From contig NC_068981.1 in the NCBI RefSeq assembly GCF_001194135.2, positions 50,837,480 through 50,870,820 on the forward strand: a stretch of DNA of 33,341 nucleotides, in the 5' to 3' direction. Positions 23,772 through 33,341 of this stretch are shown in pieces. A program made the position numbers and the translations under genes. Under the pieces are notes generated by a model that made no database searches, had not been told where the DNA came from, and worked only from the letters and a program-made list of their open reading frames with translations. This DNA comes from Octopus bimaculoides. Its lineage: Eukaryota. How positions within the stretch are numbered: the stretch's first letter is position 1; every line of letters starts with the position of its first letter.

Positions 23772-24515
23772 TGATATTGGTTTTGTAATACTAACTTGTA
23801 TGTGTGTGCAGCATAAGTGGGAAGTGAACTGTTCTCAAAAATTATCTTGTAATTAAATTTACCCGAATATTCCTGAATTCCTGTACTTCTCTTTCGATTT
23901 TAAAAATTAAATGTACTCTTCCTTATAAACGTACAGACACAGATGTAAATATAACATAGATCAACTGGTAATTCTCCTAATTTTCTTTGTTGATAACACC
24001 AAATAAAAATAATATGAATACAACAAAAGAATGTTTACAATTCAAAGTTCTTCATTATACACATGAGTCTACAAAACGTTGAAGCAACGGGGTCTTCACT
24101 TTTATTTTCGATTAGTTATAACGCATCTAAGATGTAGTTGTTGGTGTGATAAACATAACTTTACCTATAAAAATGAAATACGACGTCATATATAAATTAG
24201 AAATAAAACATCATGATACAAAGAAATACATCAAAAGAGAGAATATAATAGTAGAAAGTTATTGAGATACATATTACCGACTCAGCTAGAATAAATCTAA
24301 GAGGCAATAGATGGATAAAACATTTAGAAAAGTTCTTTCATGTAATTCTTCACACGAATTTTCATTTGACACGTATACAAATCTACACAAATAAAAGTAT
24401 TGTGATATAAAGAATGGTTTCGTACACAAAAAATCACTGTGTTTCCAGAAACATTTTATATAACATGGATAATATAATTTACTGTATACATAAATGTGTG
24501 CCTGTGTGGGAGGGT

Positions 24516-24553
<38 letters not shown>

Positions 24554-25344
24554 NNNNNNNNNNNNNNNNNNNNNNNNNNNNNNNNNNNNNNNNNNNNNNN
24601 NNNNNNNNNNNNNNNNNNNNNNNNNNNNNNNNNNNNNNNNNNNNNNNNNNNNNNNNNNNNNNNNNNNNNNNNNNNNNNNNNNNNNNNNNNNNNNNNNNNN
24701 NNNNNNNNNNNNNNNNNNNNNNNNNNNNNNNNNNNNNNNNNNNNNNNNNNNNNNNNNNNNNNNNNNNNNNNNNNNNNNNNNNNNNNNNNNNNNNNNNNNN
24801 NNNNNNNNNNNNNNNNNNNNNNNNNNNNNNNNNNNNNNNNNNNNNNNNNNNNNNNNNNNNNNNNNNNNNNNNNNNNNNNNNNNNNNNNNNNNNNNNNNNN
24901 NNNNNNNNNNNNNNNNNNNNNNNNNNNNNNNNNNNNNNNNNNNNNNNNNNNNNNNNNNNNNNNNNNNNNNNNNNNNNNNNNNNNNNNNNNNNNNNNNNNN
25001 NNNNNNNNNNNNNNNNNNNNNNNNNNNNNNNNNNNNNNNNNNNNNNNNNNNNNNNNNNNNNNNNNNNNNNNNNNNNNNNNNNNNNNNNNNNNNNNNNNNN
25101 NNNNNNNNNNNNNNNNNNNNNNNNNNNNNNNNNNNNNNNNNNNNNNNNNNNNNNNNNNNNNNNNNNNNNNNNNNNNNNNNNNNNNNNNNNNNNNNNNNNN
25201 NNNNNNNNNNNNNNNNNNNNNNNNNNNNNNNNNNNNNNNNNNNNNNNNNNNNNNNNNNNNNNNNNNNNNNNNNNNNNNNNNNNNNNNNTATATATATATA
25301 TATATTTATATATACGTGCTCTGCACACATCTGTTATATATGTT

Positions 25345-25729
25345 TGTGTATTCTTTTATTTGTTTCAGTCATTTGACTGCGGCCATGCTGGATCACCGCC
25401 TTTAGTCGAACAAATCGACCCCAGGACTTACTCTTTGTAAGCCTAGTACTTATTCTATCGGTCACTTTTGCTGAACTGCTAAGTTACGGGAACATATACA
25501 CAATAACATCGGTTCTCAAGCGATTGTGGGGGTACAAACACAGACACACAAACACACACACACACGCACATATATATGCATACATATACGACATACTTCT
25601 TTCAGTTTCCATCTACCAAATGCACTCACAAGGCTTTGGTCGGTCCGAGGCTACAGTAGAAGACACTTGCCCAAGGTGCCACGCAGTGGGACTAAACTCG
25701 GAACCATGTGGTTGGGAAGCAAGCTTCTT
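25345..25729 (-). mobile_element. tRNA-derived SINE body lacking its first ~20 nt (3' part of the split SINE)
   Basis: The reverse complement aligns along its length with the intact copy at 25925-26580 (CAACCACATGGTTCC.GTT.AGTCCCACTGCGTGG...AATAAGTACTAGG...CTAAAGGCGGTG.TCCAGCATGGCC.CAGTCAAA.GACTGAAACAA). It begins at AAGAAGCTTGCTTCC (25715-25729), preceded by a Tx1-type tail instead of the head. Confidence 0.92.
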
Positions 25730-26307
25730 TATTTCATAAATTGGCTATGGAAGCCGTACACAGATGGGACAAACAAGGACAGACAAACATAAAGGGTGAA
25801 GAAGTTGCTTATTACGGATGAAAATGTTTCGTGTGATAAAATATAAATATCATACTGTTAAAAATTATATCTTTTTTTTTTCATTTTAAAAAGTTCAAAA
25901 ATTACTTTAAAAATTTCAATATTAGGCGTAGGAGTGGCTGTGTGGTAACTAGCTTGCTTACCAACCACATGGTTCCGGGTTCAGTCCCACTGCGTGGCAT
26001 CTGGAGCAAGTGTTTTCTACTATAGTCTCGGCTCGGGCTGACCAAAGCCTTGTGAGTGGATTTGTTAGACGGAAACTGAAAGAAGCCCGTCGTATATATA
26101 TATACATANNNNNNNNNNNNNNNNNNNNNNNNNNNNNNNNNNNNNNNNNNNNNNNNNNNNNNNNNNNNNNNNNNNNNNNNNNNNNNNNNNNNNNNNNNNN
26201 NNNNNNNNNNNNNNNNNNNNNNNNNNNNNNNNNNNNNNNNNNNNNNNNNNNNNNNNNNNNNNNNNNNNNNNNNNNNNNNNNNNNNNNNNNNNNNNNNNNN
26301 NNNNNNN

Positions 26308-26363
<56 letters not shown>

Positions 26364-29300
26364 CTGTGTGTCTGTGTGTCTGTGTTTGTCCCCCCAGCAT
26401 CACTTGACAACCGATGCTGGTGTGTTTACATCCCTGTAACTTAGTGGTTCGGCAAAACAGACCGATAGAATAAGTACTAGGCGTCCAAAGAATAAGTCCT
26501 GGGGTCGATTTGCTCGACTAAAGGCGGTGCTCCAGCATGGCCACAGTCAAAAGACTGAAACAAGTAAAAGAGTAAAAGAGTATTACTTGATGATCATTGC
26601 AAATTTTGCAATGTGTGACTAGGAAAGGCACCCAACCGCTAGGTTCGAACCTTACCTGGTTCCAGTCACTCGCAGCTTGTTCACAACTTGCTTCGATCTT
26701 TTCGCGAACATATCCTGTGACAGGTATCTCTTCTCCAGCCAGGTCTTGCTATTGAGGTGGTAACTAACCAACCCCTGGCCGGAGACGAAGGTACCTGTCA
26801 TTACAGCTCTTACACGCGTCTTCCATACTGTTTCTTTCAGTATGGCTGCTACGCATACAAAACAAGCCTTCCTTTCCCTGTTTAGGGAAGGAGGTGGCAC
26901 ATACTTGATAACAGACTCAGGCGATAGCTGTACTGTTCTCACCGTTGACAACAGTTGCTCAACAAAAGCTCGACAAAATCCCGATAATTCCGGACACTCC
27001 ATGAAGGAGTGCAGTTTCTCTGTCCCGCCTGTACCACGGGCAAGAGCCAATATATGCAGAAGTGGTGACAGGGGATATCTCTCTCAATCAAAGATCTGTT
27101 TATGGTATCGCTGCCATGCTGGATCTCTACCGTGCGGGACCACTCGCAACATTAATTCCCTCGCGGCTGAATGCACGTACTTTAGCCCAAACCCTGCATC
27201 CCTCATGTTTAGCTTTGGGGTGACGGTCCAAGGTTGTTCTCGTTGCCAAAATTTGGGAGGCAGAGCCCAATCTCAACGCCTCTTCTTAAGCCTTAAGTAG
27301 GTTTCATTCTATCCTGGCCTTATCAAAACTTAGTTGACGGCTAAATCTAATAGACTCATACGTATGACTCTTTTTATGGCCAAACCACCACCGGTTACTA
27401 ACCACGGTGCCGGTTAATGCCATTTTCACTAACTCCTTTATCCGTTTACGGTATGCTTCACTGGCCCAAATAGACTTGTTCAGTGTTCAGTAGCCGGATC
27501 CCTGTCTATAGGCACTATCTATGTTCAGCCTACACTAAACTACTTTATGGTCTGTGTAGTCTACTTGAACAAACTGTGGACAGCTAAAGCTAGACTTATC
27601 TCTAATCCTTATAACTATCCTGTCTAAGTAAGACTTGAGCTTTCCGTCGCCATTCATCCAGGTCCACACTGGGGCGCTCGGGTGTAACGATCTGCCAGCT
27701 GAAAACGCTTAAGCGAATCGATGAGGCGTTAGTTAACACTCCTACCAGTCGAGCCACACCTATCAAGACGTGCATCTAGGATAGCACTGCAGTCTCCTAG
27801 TACAACTAACACTTGGACGTCACGAGAAATTTCTCTAGGCACCGATAGAAATCTGTTTGCTGCCTTCTTGCACAAGGCGCGTAAATACCGAACAGCTTGA
27901 AGGCCTTGTTGCTGTATGTCACGTCAAGGACGACCAGCCCACCTTCGGGTTCCACAAAGACTGTACTTCTCTGCAGAGCCAAGACTTTTCGGACCAGGTC
28001 TAGTACACCTCCTCGACCTCCGGTCTGGCCAGGAGACATGATTTTCTCATAGCCATTCAGGAGAGCCGAGAAGGTTTATAGCCTATCCAGCTTGGTCTCT
28101 ATTGCAACGATCACATGTATATCATTTGAACGGAGGTCGTCGAGGAAACATGCTTGCTTGCACTTCGAACTCAGACCACGCACATTTAAACAACCAAGGT
28201 TAAGAGTTGACATTTTAAGGAAAAGTAAATGTTCTACTTATTTTTCATTGGCGATGTGGGGGCCGACCTCACGTCTCGTGAGGGGCCCTCTTTTCTCCTA
28301 TTCCCTGAGGTATTTTGGAACGTCTTTTAACCTAGAGATGGCTTCTGGATGCTTCATCTTCAGCTGTTTACATGATATTTCGCCTATACAGGCACATTGT
28401 CTAGGACAGTCCTTGTGGTTTGGAAATAATAATGTAGTGTCGTGTGGCGCTATCACATCATTTGTGTATTTTCCTTTGGGTAGAACTCAGCCAAGATTCG
28501 TCTTTCGCCTGTTTTTTCTGGGTCGGTTGGGCAGGATTTTTTTTTTATAATTGAGTTGCTGTATTTTCCGTTTTGTGGTGTATGTGGACGAGGATTATGT
28601 CAATGCTCTTTTGGTCGGGCCTCGAACAAGAGTGTACTCCCCCTCGACCGCCTCCATGGTGTCATCTGGGGTAGTTGCACTGTCAGGTGCTGTCGACGTT
28701 GAGGGGGTGGGTATTTTTGTTGTTGTCGGGACTAGTGTGTGCGCGAGTTGGGGTTTTTGGAATACTTATTTGGGGACTTGTATGGGCACCACAGTTAGGG
28801 GAGTAGGTGTCTTTGCTAGTGTAGGCGTTGGTGTGTGTGTGGGGGGCAGCTGTTTGGGTTTGTTAGGTGTCAGGTGCATGTGTATCCACAGATGTTTGGG
28901 CCTTTATATTCTCTTCCTTTTTCCTGCGTCGCAGTCAACCCTTATGTGGCCTTTTCGGCCACATTTAAACCATCTGGGGTTTTTGCCTAAAACATGAATT
29001 TTGAGGGCCATGTCCTCGCCCACGAGGGAATCGCTTCTATGTCTTCTGGTGCCGCTTGAATGACGGCCACAATGCTCTGGCCGAGCTAAATTTGGGAGGC
29101 TGAGCTGTTACTTGTAGAATATTAATTTTATCTTCCCTCTTGAACAACAGGGGGGCCATCACCCACGCTGTATCAGACTCCGGCGGTACCTTTGTCGCAC
29201 TGACACGGGACGTGCGTTGCCCCATATTGGTTGGCAGAAGCACCACTTTGTCTTCAACGGGCTGACAGAGTAACGCCATCTCTGTTGTTCTGAATCTGGC

Positions 29301-30286
29301 TTCTATTCTGCGAAATTTCCTTCCTCTTGTTATATAGATAATATATTTCCATATGAGTGCCACGCATTTTTCAATTTTATTCTGTTCTATGTTTCATTCT
29401 TTTTTCTTCTAGGCAGAACGTTTTGAATATAATTGTATTTTTCATCTCTTCAGTTGTGTTGGTGGGAGGGGATATTTTTACTTTGCCCTCCTCCTCTGTC
29501 ACACGTTTAATAATTTCCTGGAAGTCCCCCAGTGGGATTTCCAGACTTTCCATTTGTGCGGCGGCGACTGCCGCAAAACCTTTGGTGACTTGTCTTGGAG
29601 GTTGATTAGCCTCCAAAGCCACATAATCTTAGAGAGAGCATTTTTCTCTTATTATATCCACTGACATTTCGGTCCAGATAAATTAGCAGGAAACACACGA
29701 AATCCCACCCCTGTCAAGGGGAGGGGCGTAGCTCAATGAAGAGCCAAAAACAGCTGAAAAACCAGTTCTTTCTTTCCGAAGGAAAAATTAAAAGATTCCG
29801 TTCTTTTTTTTTTTTTCTGTTCAAAAAAATTACTTCCTCTGAAGAGAAACAACAGCTTAAATAAAGTTCCTAAATACATTTTGCAAAAAAAAACATTTTT
29901 TTGCAAAAGAAAATTGTAGGTTTCCCCCTTTTTTTTCCACTGTTCAAAAAATAAATTCCTCGCAATAGGAACAACAGTTTAAATCCCACCCCCGTTTGGA
30001 GGTGGGCGCAGTTAAACAATGTCTACGTAGGGTAAATTTTAAAAATGCACTCCGTTGAAGAATCCAATCGAATAAACAATCGCCAAATGGCTACAGAAAT
30101 TTTACTATTCCCCGAAATAACGGGAAATAAAAGAGTCCAGCACAGCCTCCAAACAGGCAACAGTCCACACTAACAATTTCCAGCAATAAATTTCAACTAC
30201 AGTTTACAATAAATAACAGAGTTTCAACAATAAACATGACAACACACAGATTGCCAAAAACAGAAACACGACCGAAGTCTTCAACC
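25730..30286 (-). mobile_element. L1/Tx1-clade non-LTR element 1: 5' UTR, ORF1, APE and C-terminal CCHC; RT deleted; 3' UTR interrupted by a SINE
   Basis: ORF1 starts about 29622 (MALEANQPP...FAAVAAA) and has the knuckle (W)FKCGRKGHIRVDC near 28960. ORF2 starts at 28213 (MSTLNLGCLNVRGL...FLDDLR...ETKL; GIYAP; SYLDRI; YTDHK; SGY*TLN). C-terminal CPW...ETAL/HSFMECP at about 27050-26990. The tail GCCAATTTATGAAATA is at 25730-25745. Confidence 0.85.
25925..26580 (+). mobile_element. Full-length tRNA-derived SINE of the same family, with internal microsatellite and gap
   Basis: GGCGTAGGAGTGGCTGTGTGGT (A box)...CCGGGTTCAGTCCC (B box), central TA/TG tract, tail gagtaaaagagtaaaagag. TATTA flanks both sides (25920-25924 and 26581-26585), a candidate target-site duplication. 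Confidence 0.93.
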
Positions 30287-30301
30287 GGAAGCAAGCTTCT
30301 T

Positions 30302-31868
30302 TATTTTATGAAATTGGCAATGAAGGTCTTACATAGAGGGGATAGCACAAGGTGGGGACAAAAGAACAAAACAAATGAAAAGAATGAATTAATATAATGA
30401 GAGATGAAATGAAACTGTTCGGGCACACCTACGAGTGAACCAGTTAATAGAACCTATTTTTTTAAACTAGTTTATAACGATTTTTTGTTTCTTTTTAGCG
30501 ACAACTAATTACCATGAAATTCTTACATAGAGGGGACAGCACAAGGTGGGTACAAAAAGAAAAAAAAACAAAATGAATGGGTCTGCCATTACACAACAAA
30601 TGTACTCGGGCACCCCCTTCACTCCTGATATATTCACTTTTATAGCATTGTCCCACAAGTCTATTTTGTTATACAGTTCTTCGTTTTCTCCATTATACAA
30701 TATAATATACTTTTTCAAGGGCGAGGGTGGGGAAATGTGGGGCTCCCGAGTGCTTGTGTTTCTCTTCATGTCAGGGAGGGCTGATGTCTGTAGAGGGTGA
30801 TTGGAGTAAAGTGGGTGTGACTTTTTTTCTCTTCTTTTTCTCCCAGCTGTTTACCATTCATTGTCCATCTCCTCTTCGACGCTGGTACTAGTCTTTGTCT
30901 TCGGTGCCGTTTCACTCTCCTTTTCTACAACCTCCACGGGTAGTGGAGCACCAGCCACTTTCTCATTCTCTTGTCTCTCTTTAGCCTTCACGGGTGGTGG
31001 AGGACAATTTGCTTTAATGTGGCCCAAAGGGCCACATTAATAGCACCGCGGAATCCTCCCTTCCACTCTGACTCAGTGTTGCCTCTCCGACCGTGATTGT
31101 CTCTACCATATTTTCGATATTTTCCACTGCAACGTGTACACCCATAACGAGGCTTTGTCCTTTCCAGTTCCTGTGGGGTGTTCTGGTGGCCTGGAGGAAC
31201 ACCACTTTCCCTTCCGTGCATAGCAGTATGGCAGCTACAAGCCAGGCTACATCCACTTCTGGAGGTATATCTTCTACTCTAAATCTAGAAGCCCGCCTCC
31301 CAAGGTATACCGGTGGAAGCACCACTGCATCGGTTCCCAACGGTGTTGCTGAGTACAGCCTAGCAGTATCCGCCTCCCGAGACTGCACTTCCACTCTTCC
31401 AAATATTCTACCTCTGGCAAGGTAGGTAATTTCCTGCCAAATTGGTTTAAGTGCCTTTTTTATTTGAGCCGTTGACATGACTTCAATCTTCCTGGCTGCC
31501 ACCGAGTATGCTCTGTAAAATTATGGTTTTCTCATTGTTCTCTTTTAACCCTTCTTTGGTGGGGAAACACCTTCATTTCGTCCCCCTCACGTCTTTGATT
31601 CTTTCCTTTGTCGCCTCTGCGTAATTTTTCGTCTCCCTTGCTTCATCACTCCTCTTCAAATACGCCATCATTTCTTCCTCAGACGACACAAAGTCTGAAG
31701 AAGGATAGTTCACAAACTATGAGGAAAAATGATTGCAATTTTTGCAACTCGTCACCCGATGCCCATCCATTACACAAGAGGGAAAATGTCACAGTTACGA
31801 AAGCAAAAAAAAAAAAAAATGCGTGTGTTACACGCAAAACCAACAATTCAACTGACAAACGCAATACC
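30302..31868 (-). mobile_element. L1/Tx1-clade element 2: ORF1-only derivative, with a duplicated or third 3' tail
   Basis: ORF 31014-31502 is homologous to element-1 ORF1 (ITYLARGRIFGRVEVQ vs IIYITRGRKFRRIEAR; VVLPPVYLGRRASRFRV..IPPEVDVAW vs VVLLPTNMGQRTSRVSATKVPPESDTAW). Knuckle CY*CGPLGHIKANC. ORF1 end ISGVKGVPEY runs into the 3' UTR with no ORF2. Confidence 0.85.
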
Positions 31869-31900
31869 GGAGGCAAGCTTCTTATCACACAGTCACACCT
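31869..31900 (-). mobile_element. SINE head (5' part of the split SINE) including the target sequence
   Basis: Minus strand AGGTGTGACTGTGTGAT-AAGAAGCTTGCCTCC vs the intact head AGGAGTGGCTGTGTGGT-AACTAGCTTGCTTAC at 25930-25961. SINE homology stops here and element 2 starts. Confidence 0.8.
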
Positions 31901-31929
31901 ATATATATATTTATATATATGATATATTC

Positions 31930-32008
31930 CCTTTTTTTCTATTTCTTTAACCTGTCATTTGACAGCGGCCATGCAGGAGTATCGCCTTTAGTCGAACAAA
32001 TCGACCCA
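31930..32008 (-). mobile_element. 3' fragment of another copy of the same SINE
   Basis: gtcatttgacagcggccatgcaggagtatcgcctttagtcgaacaaatcgaccc matches 25368-25421. Confidence 0.85.
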
Positions 32009-33207
32009 TGACAAAATACCTCTAAGCAGTTTGGCCGGCGTGCTATATCGGTTCTACTAGCATACTATATTTCTAGGGAAAACGTTAAAGATATTTCACT
32101 GAAGTAGATAAATTAGGTAAAACATGATTGATTAAAATATGAATATTAGATAGACAGCTTAGCACTTGTGTCATGATTTTTAATCAACTCTTTTCTTAAG
32201 TATAATCAATGCCAATAATATCCCTGATGAGATTGAGTCGCCGGATCATAATGAAACAAATTCTTGAGGTGTTGATACCAGTGACTGTGCTTAAATTTCA
32301 TCTTATTGTCGTGGTTTGTAATATGCGTCAGTAGTTGTATCTGTTAACAATAATAAGATTTATATGAATATGTGAATGTCTGATTCTTTGTGCACCAGTG
32401 ACCAAAACGGCGTGGTATGCTTTTCTTGCATTACAAAATTAGTTATAGTCTTTCTTTTTATTCAAAGATGAAATATTATCATTCTTGAGTGTAACATTGA
32501 TTTGATACAAATACAAAGGGATAACTGTTAAAAACAAATATTGTACCAAGTAAAAAATATATTTAAATTTAGAACAAGGATTTAGTGTCCATTACATGTA
32601 CTGATATTTTAAACGTAATTTCTAGTTCATATCAGCATAAATTATTTCTTTTCGCATTAGTAATTGGCAATTCTTCATCGACATGTTTTTGAGGTCGATA
32701 TCCCTCCCCGAAACCTGTTAGCCTTGTAACCAATTTGAAACCAACATTTTCCTTAGAAGATATCACTACTCCCTGCCGAGTCTGAATTTTCCCGAATATT
32801 TCCCAAAAATATATCCTGAGTGTTCTTTGAGATACAACTCTAGTATTTATAGTCAAACAGATCAAAATATTTTTAGTCTTCTTCCAACTAAATATAATGA
32901 AAAAAGATTATTCCAAACAATGTGTCATTAACATCTCTGATGAAAAGTAAAAGAATAAGAAATATGTTTCATTATTATATAGCTGAGTATAAATTAAATT
33001 CATAAAGGTTATTTGTTTCTAATAAAAAATACATAAATACGTTTAACAACAGGAAAATCATAACTTTATATTTAATTTCAATCCTTTGGCACTTTTTATT
33101 TTAACCATAGGTGTCAAACTAAAAAAATAGTGAATAGTAATTATTTACCAAAATGGACTTTCATACTTAATATATTGATTATTTTTTTCCTCACCAACGG
33201 AAAAGCA

Positions 33208-33286
33208 TTCTAGATAGATAGATAGATAGATAGATATGTGTGTGTGTATATATATATATATAGATAGAGAGAGAGAGATGTATGTG

Positions 33287-33341
<55 letters not shown>
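33208..33341. repeat. Compound (GATA)n(TG)n(TA)n microsatellite
   Basis: Direct. Confidence 0.9.

Noticed and set aside
8888-26444. Long X-rich ORFs in the track (8.9-9.7, 12.1-12.8, 13.3-14.2, 16.1-16.5, 22.0-22.4, 24.4-25.4, 26.0-26.4 kb)
   Set aside because: Artefacts of N gaps and flanking microsatellites; no coding evidence.
28092-29605. Plus-strand ORFs of 82-152 aa
   Set aside because: Antisense shadows of the minus-strand Tx1 ORF1 and ORF2.
29839-29850. CTGAAGAGAAAC in the Tx1 5' UTR
   Set aside because: No room for stem II; not a hammerhead.
32218-32280. CTGATGA...GAAAC...GTT hammerhead-like spacing
   Set aside because: Stem II lacks a proper closing pair, stem I is out of register, and there is no PLE context; likely chance.
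32760-32845. Possible minus-strand exon LYLKEHSGYIFGKYSGKFRLG
   Set aside because: Protein-like but short, with a weak donor and no recognisable family; needs RNA-seq or BLAST.
1-33341. CRISPR arrays, rRNA or prokaryotic operons
   Set aside because: No regular repeat-spacer array or rRNA-like sequence; content is eukaryotic repeat DNA.

Overview
AT-rich eukaryotic genomic DNA with dense (TA)n/(CA)n/(TG)n microsatellites and seven N gaps. The repeat families look octopod (Octopus-like) to me; that is recall, not a search result. No host gene could be named, only weak candidate minus-strand exons. The window is mostly decayed transposons: Penelope-like elements (PLEs) of apparently three lineages (Neptune-like twice, Poseidon-like, Naiad/Chlamys-like), several carrying hammerhead ribozyme motifs; two CR1-type LINE pieces; two convergent mariner fragments; a MITE; and tRNA-derived SINEs. 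The main result is at 25.35-31.9 kb. One minus-strand tRNA-derived SINE appears split, with its head at 31869-31900 and its body at about 25345-25729. Between them lie tandem L1/Tx1-clade elements, and the same 15-bp SINE sequence AAGAAGCTTGC(T/C)TCC recurs at all three junctions. This suggests a site-specific retrotransposon that targets a SINE (or its tRNA source) between the Pol III A and B boxes. Both inserted elements lack reverse transcriptase. Boundaries were set by eye and are approximate unless a motif is quoted.
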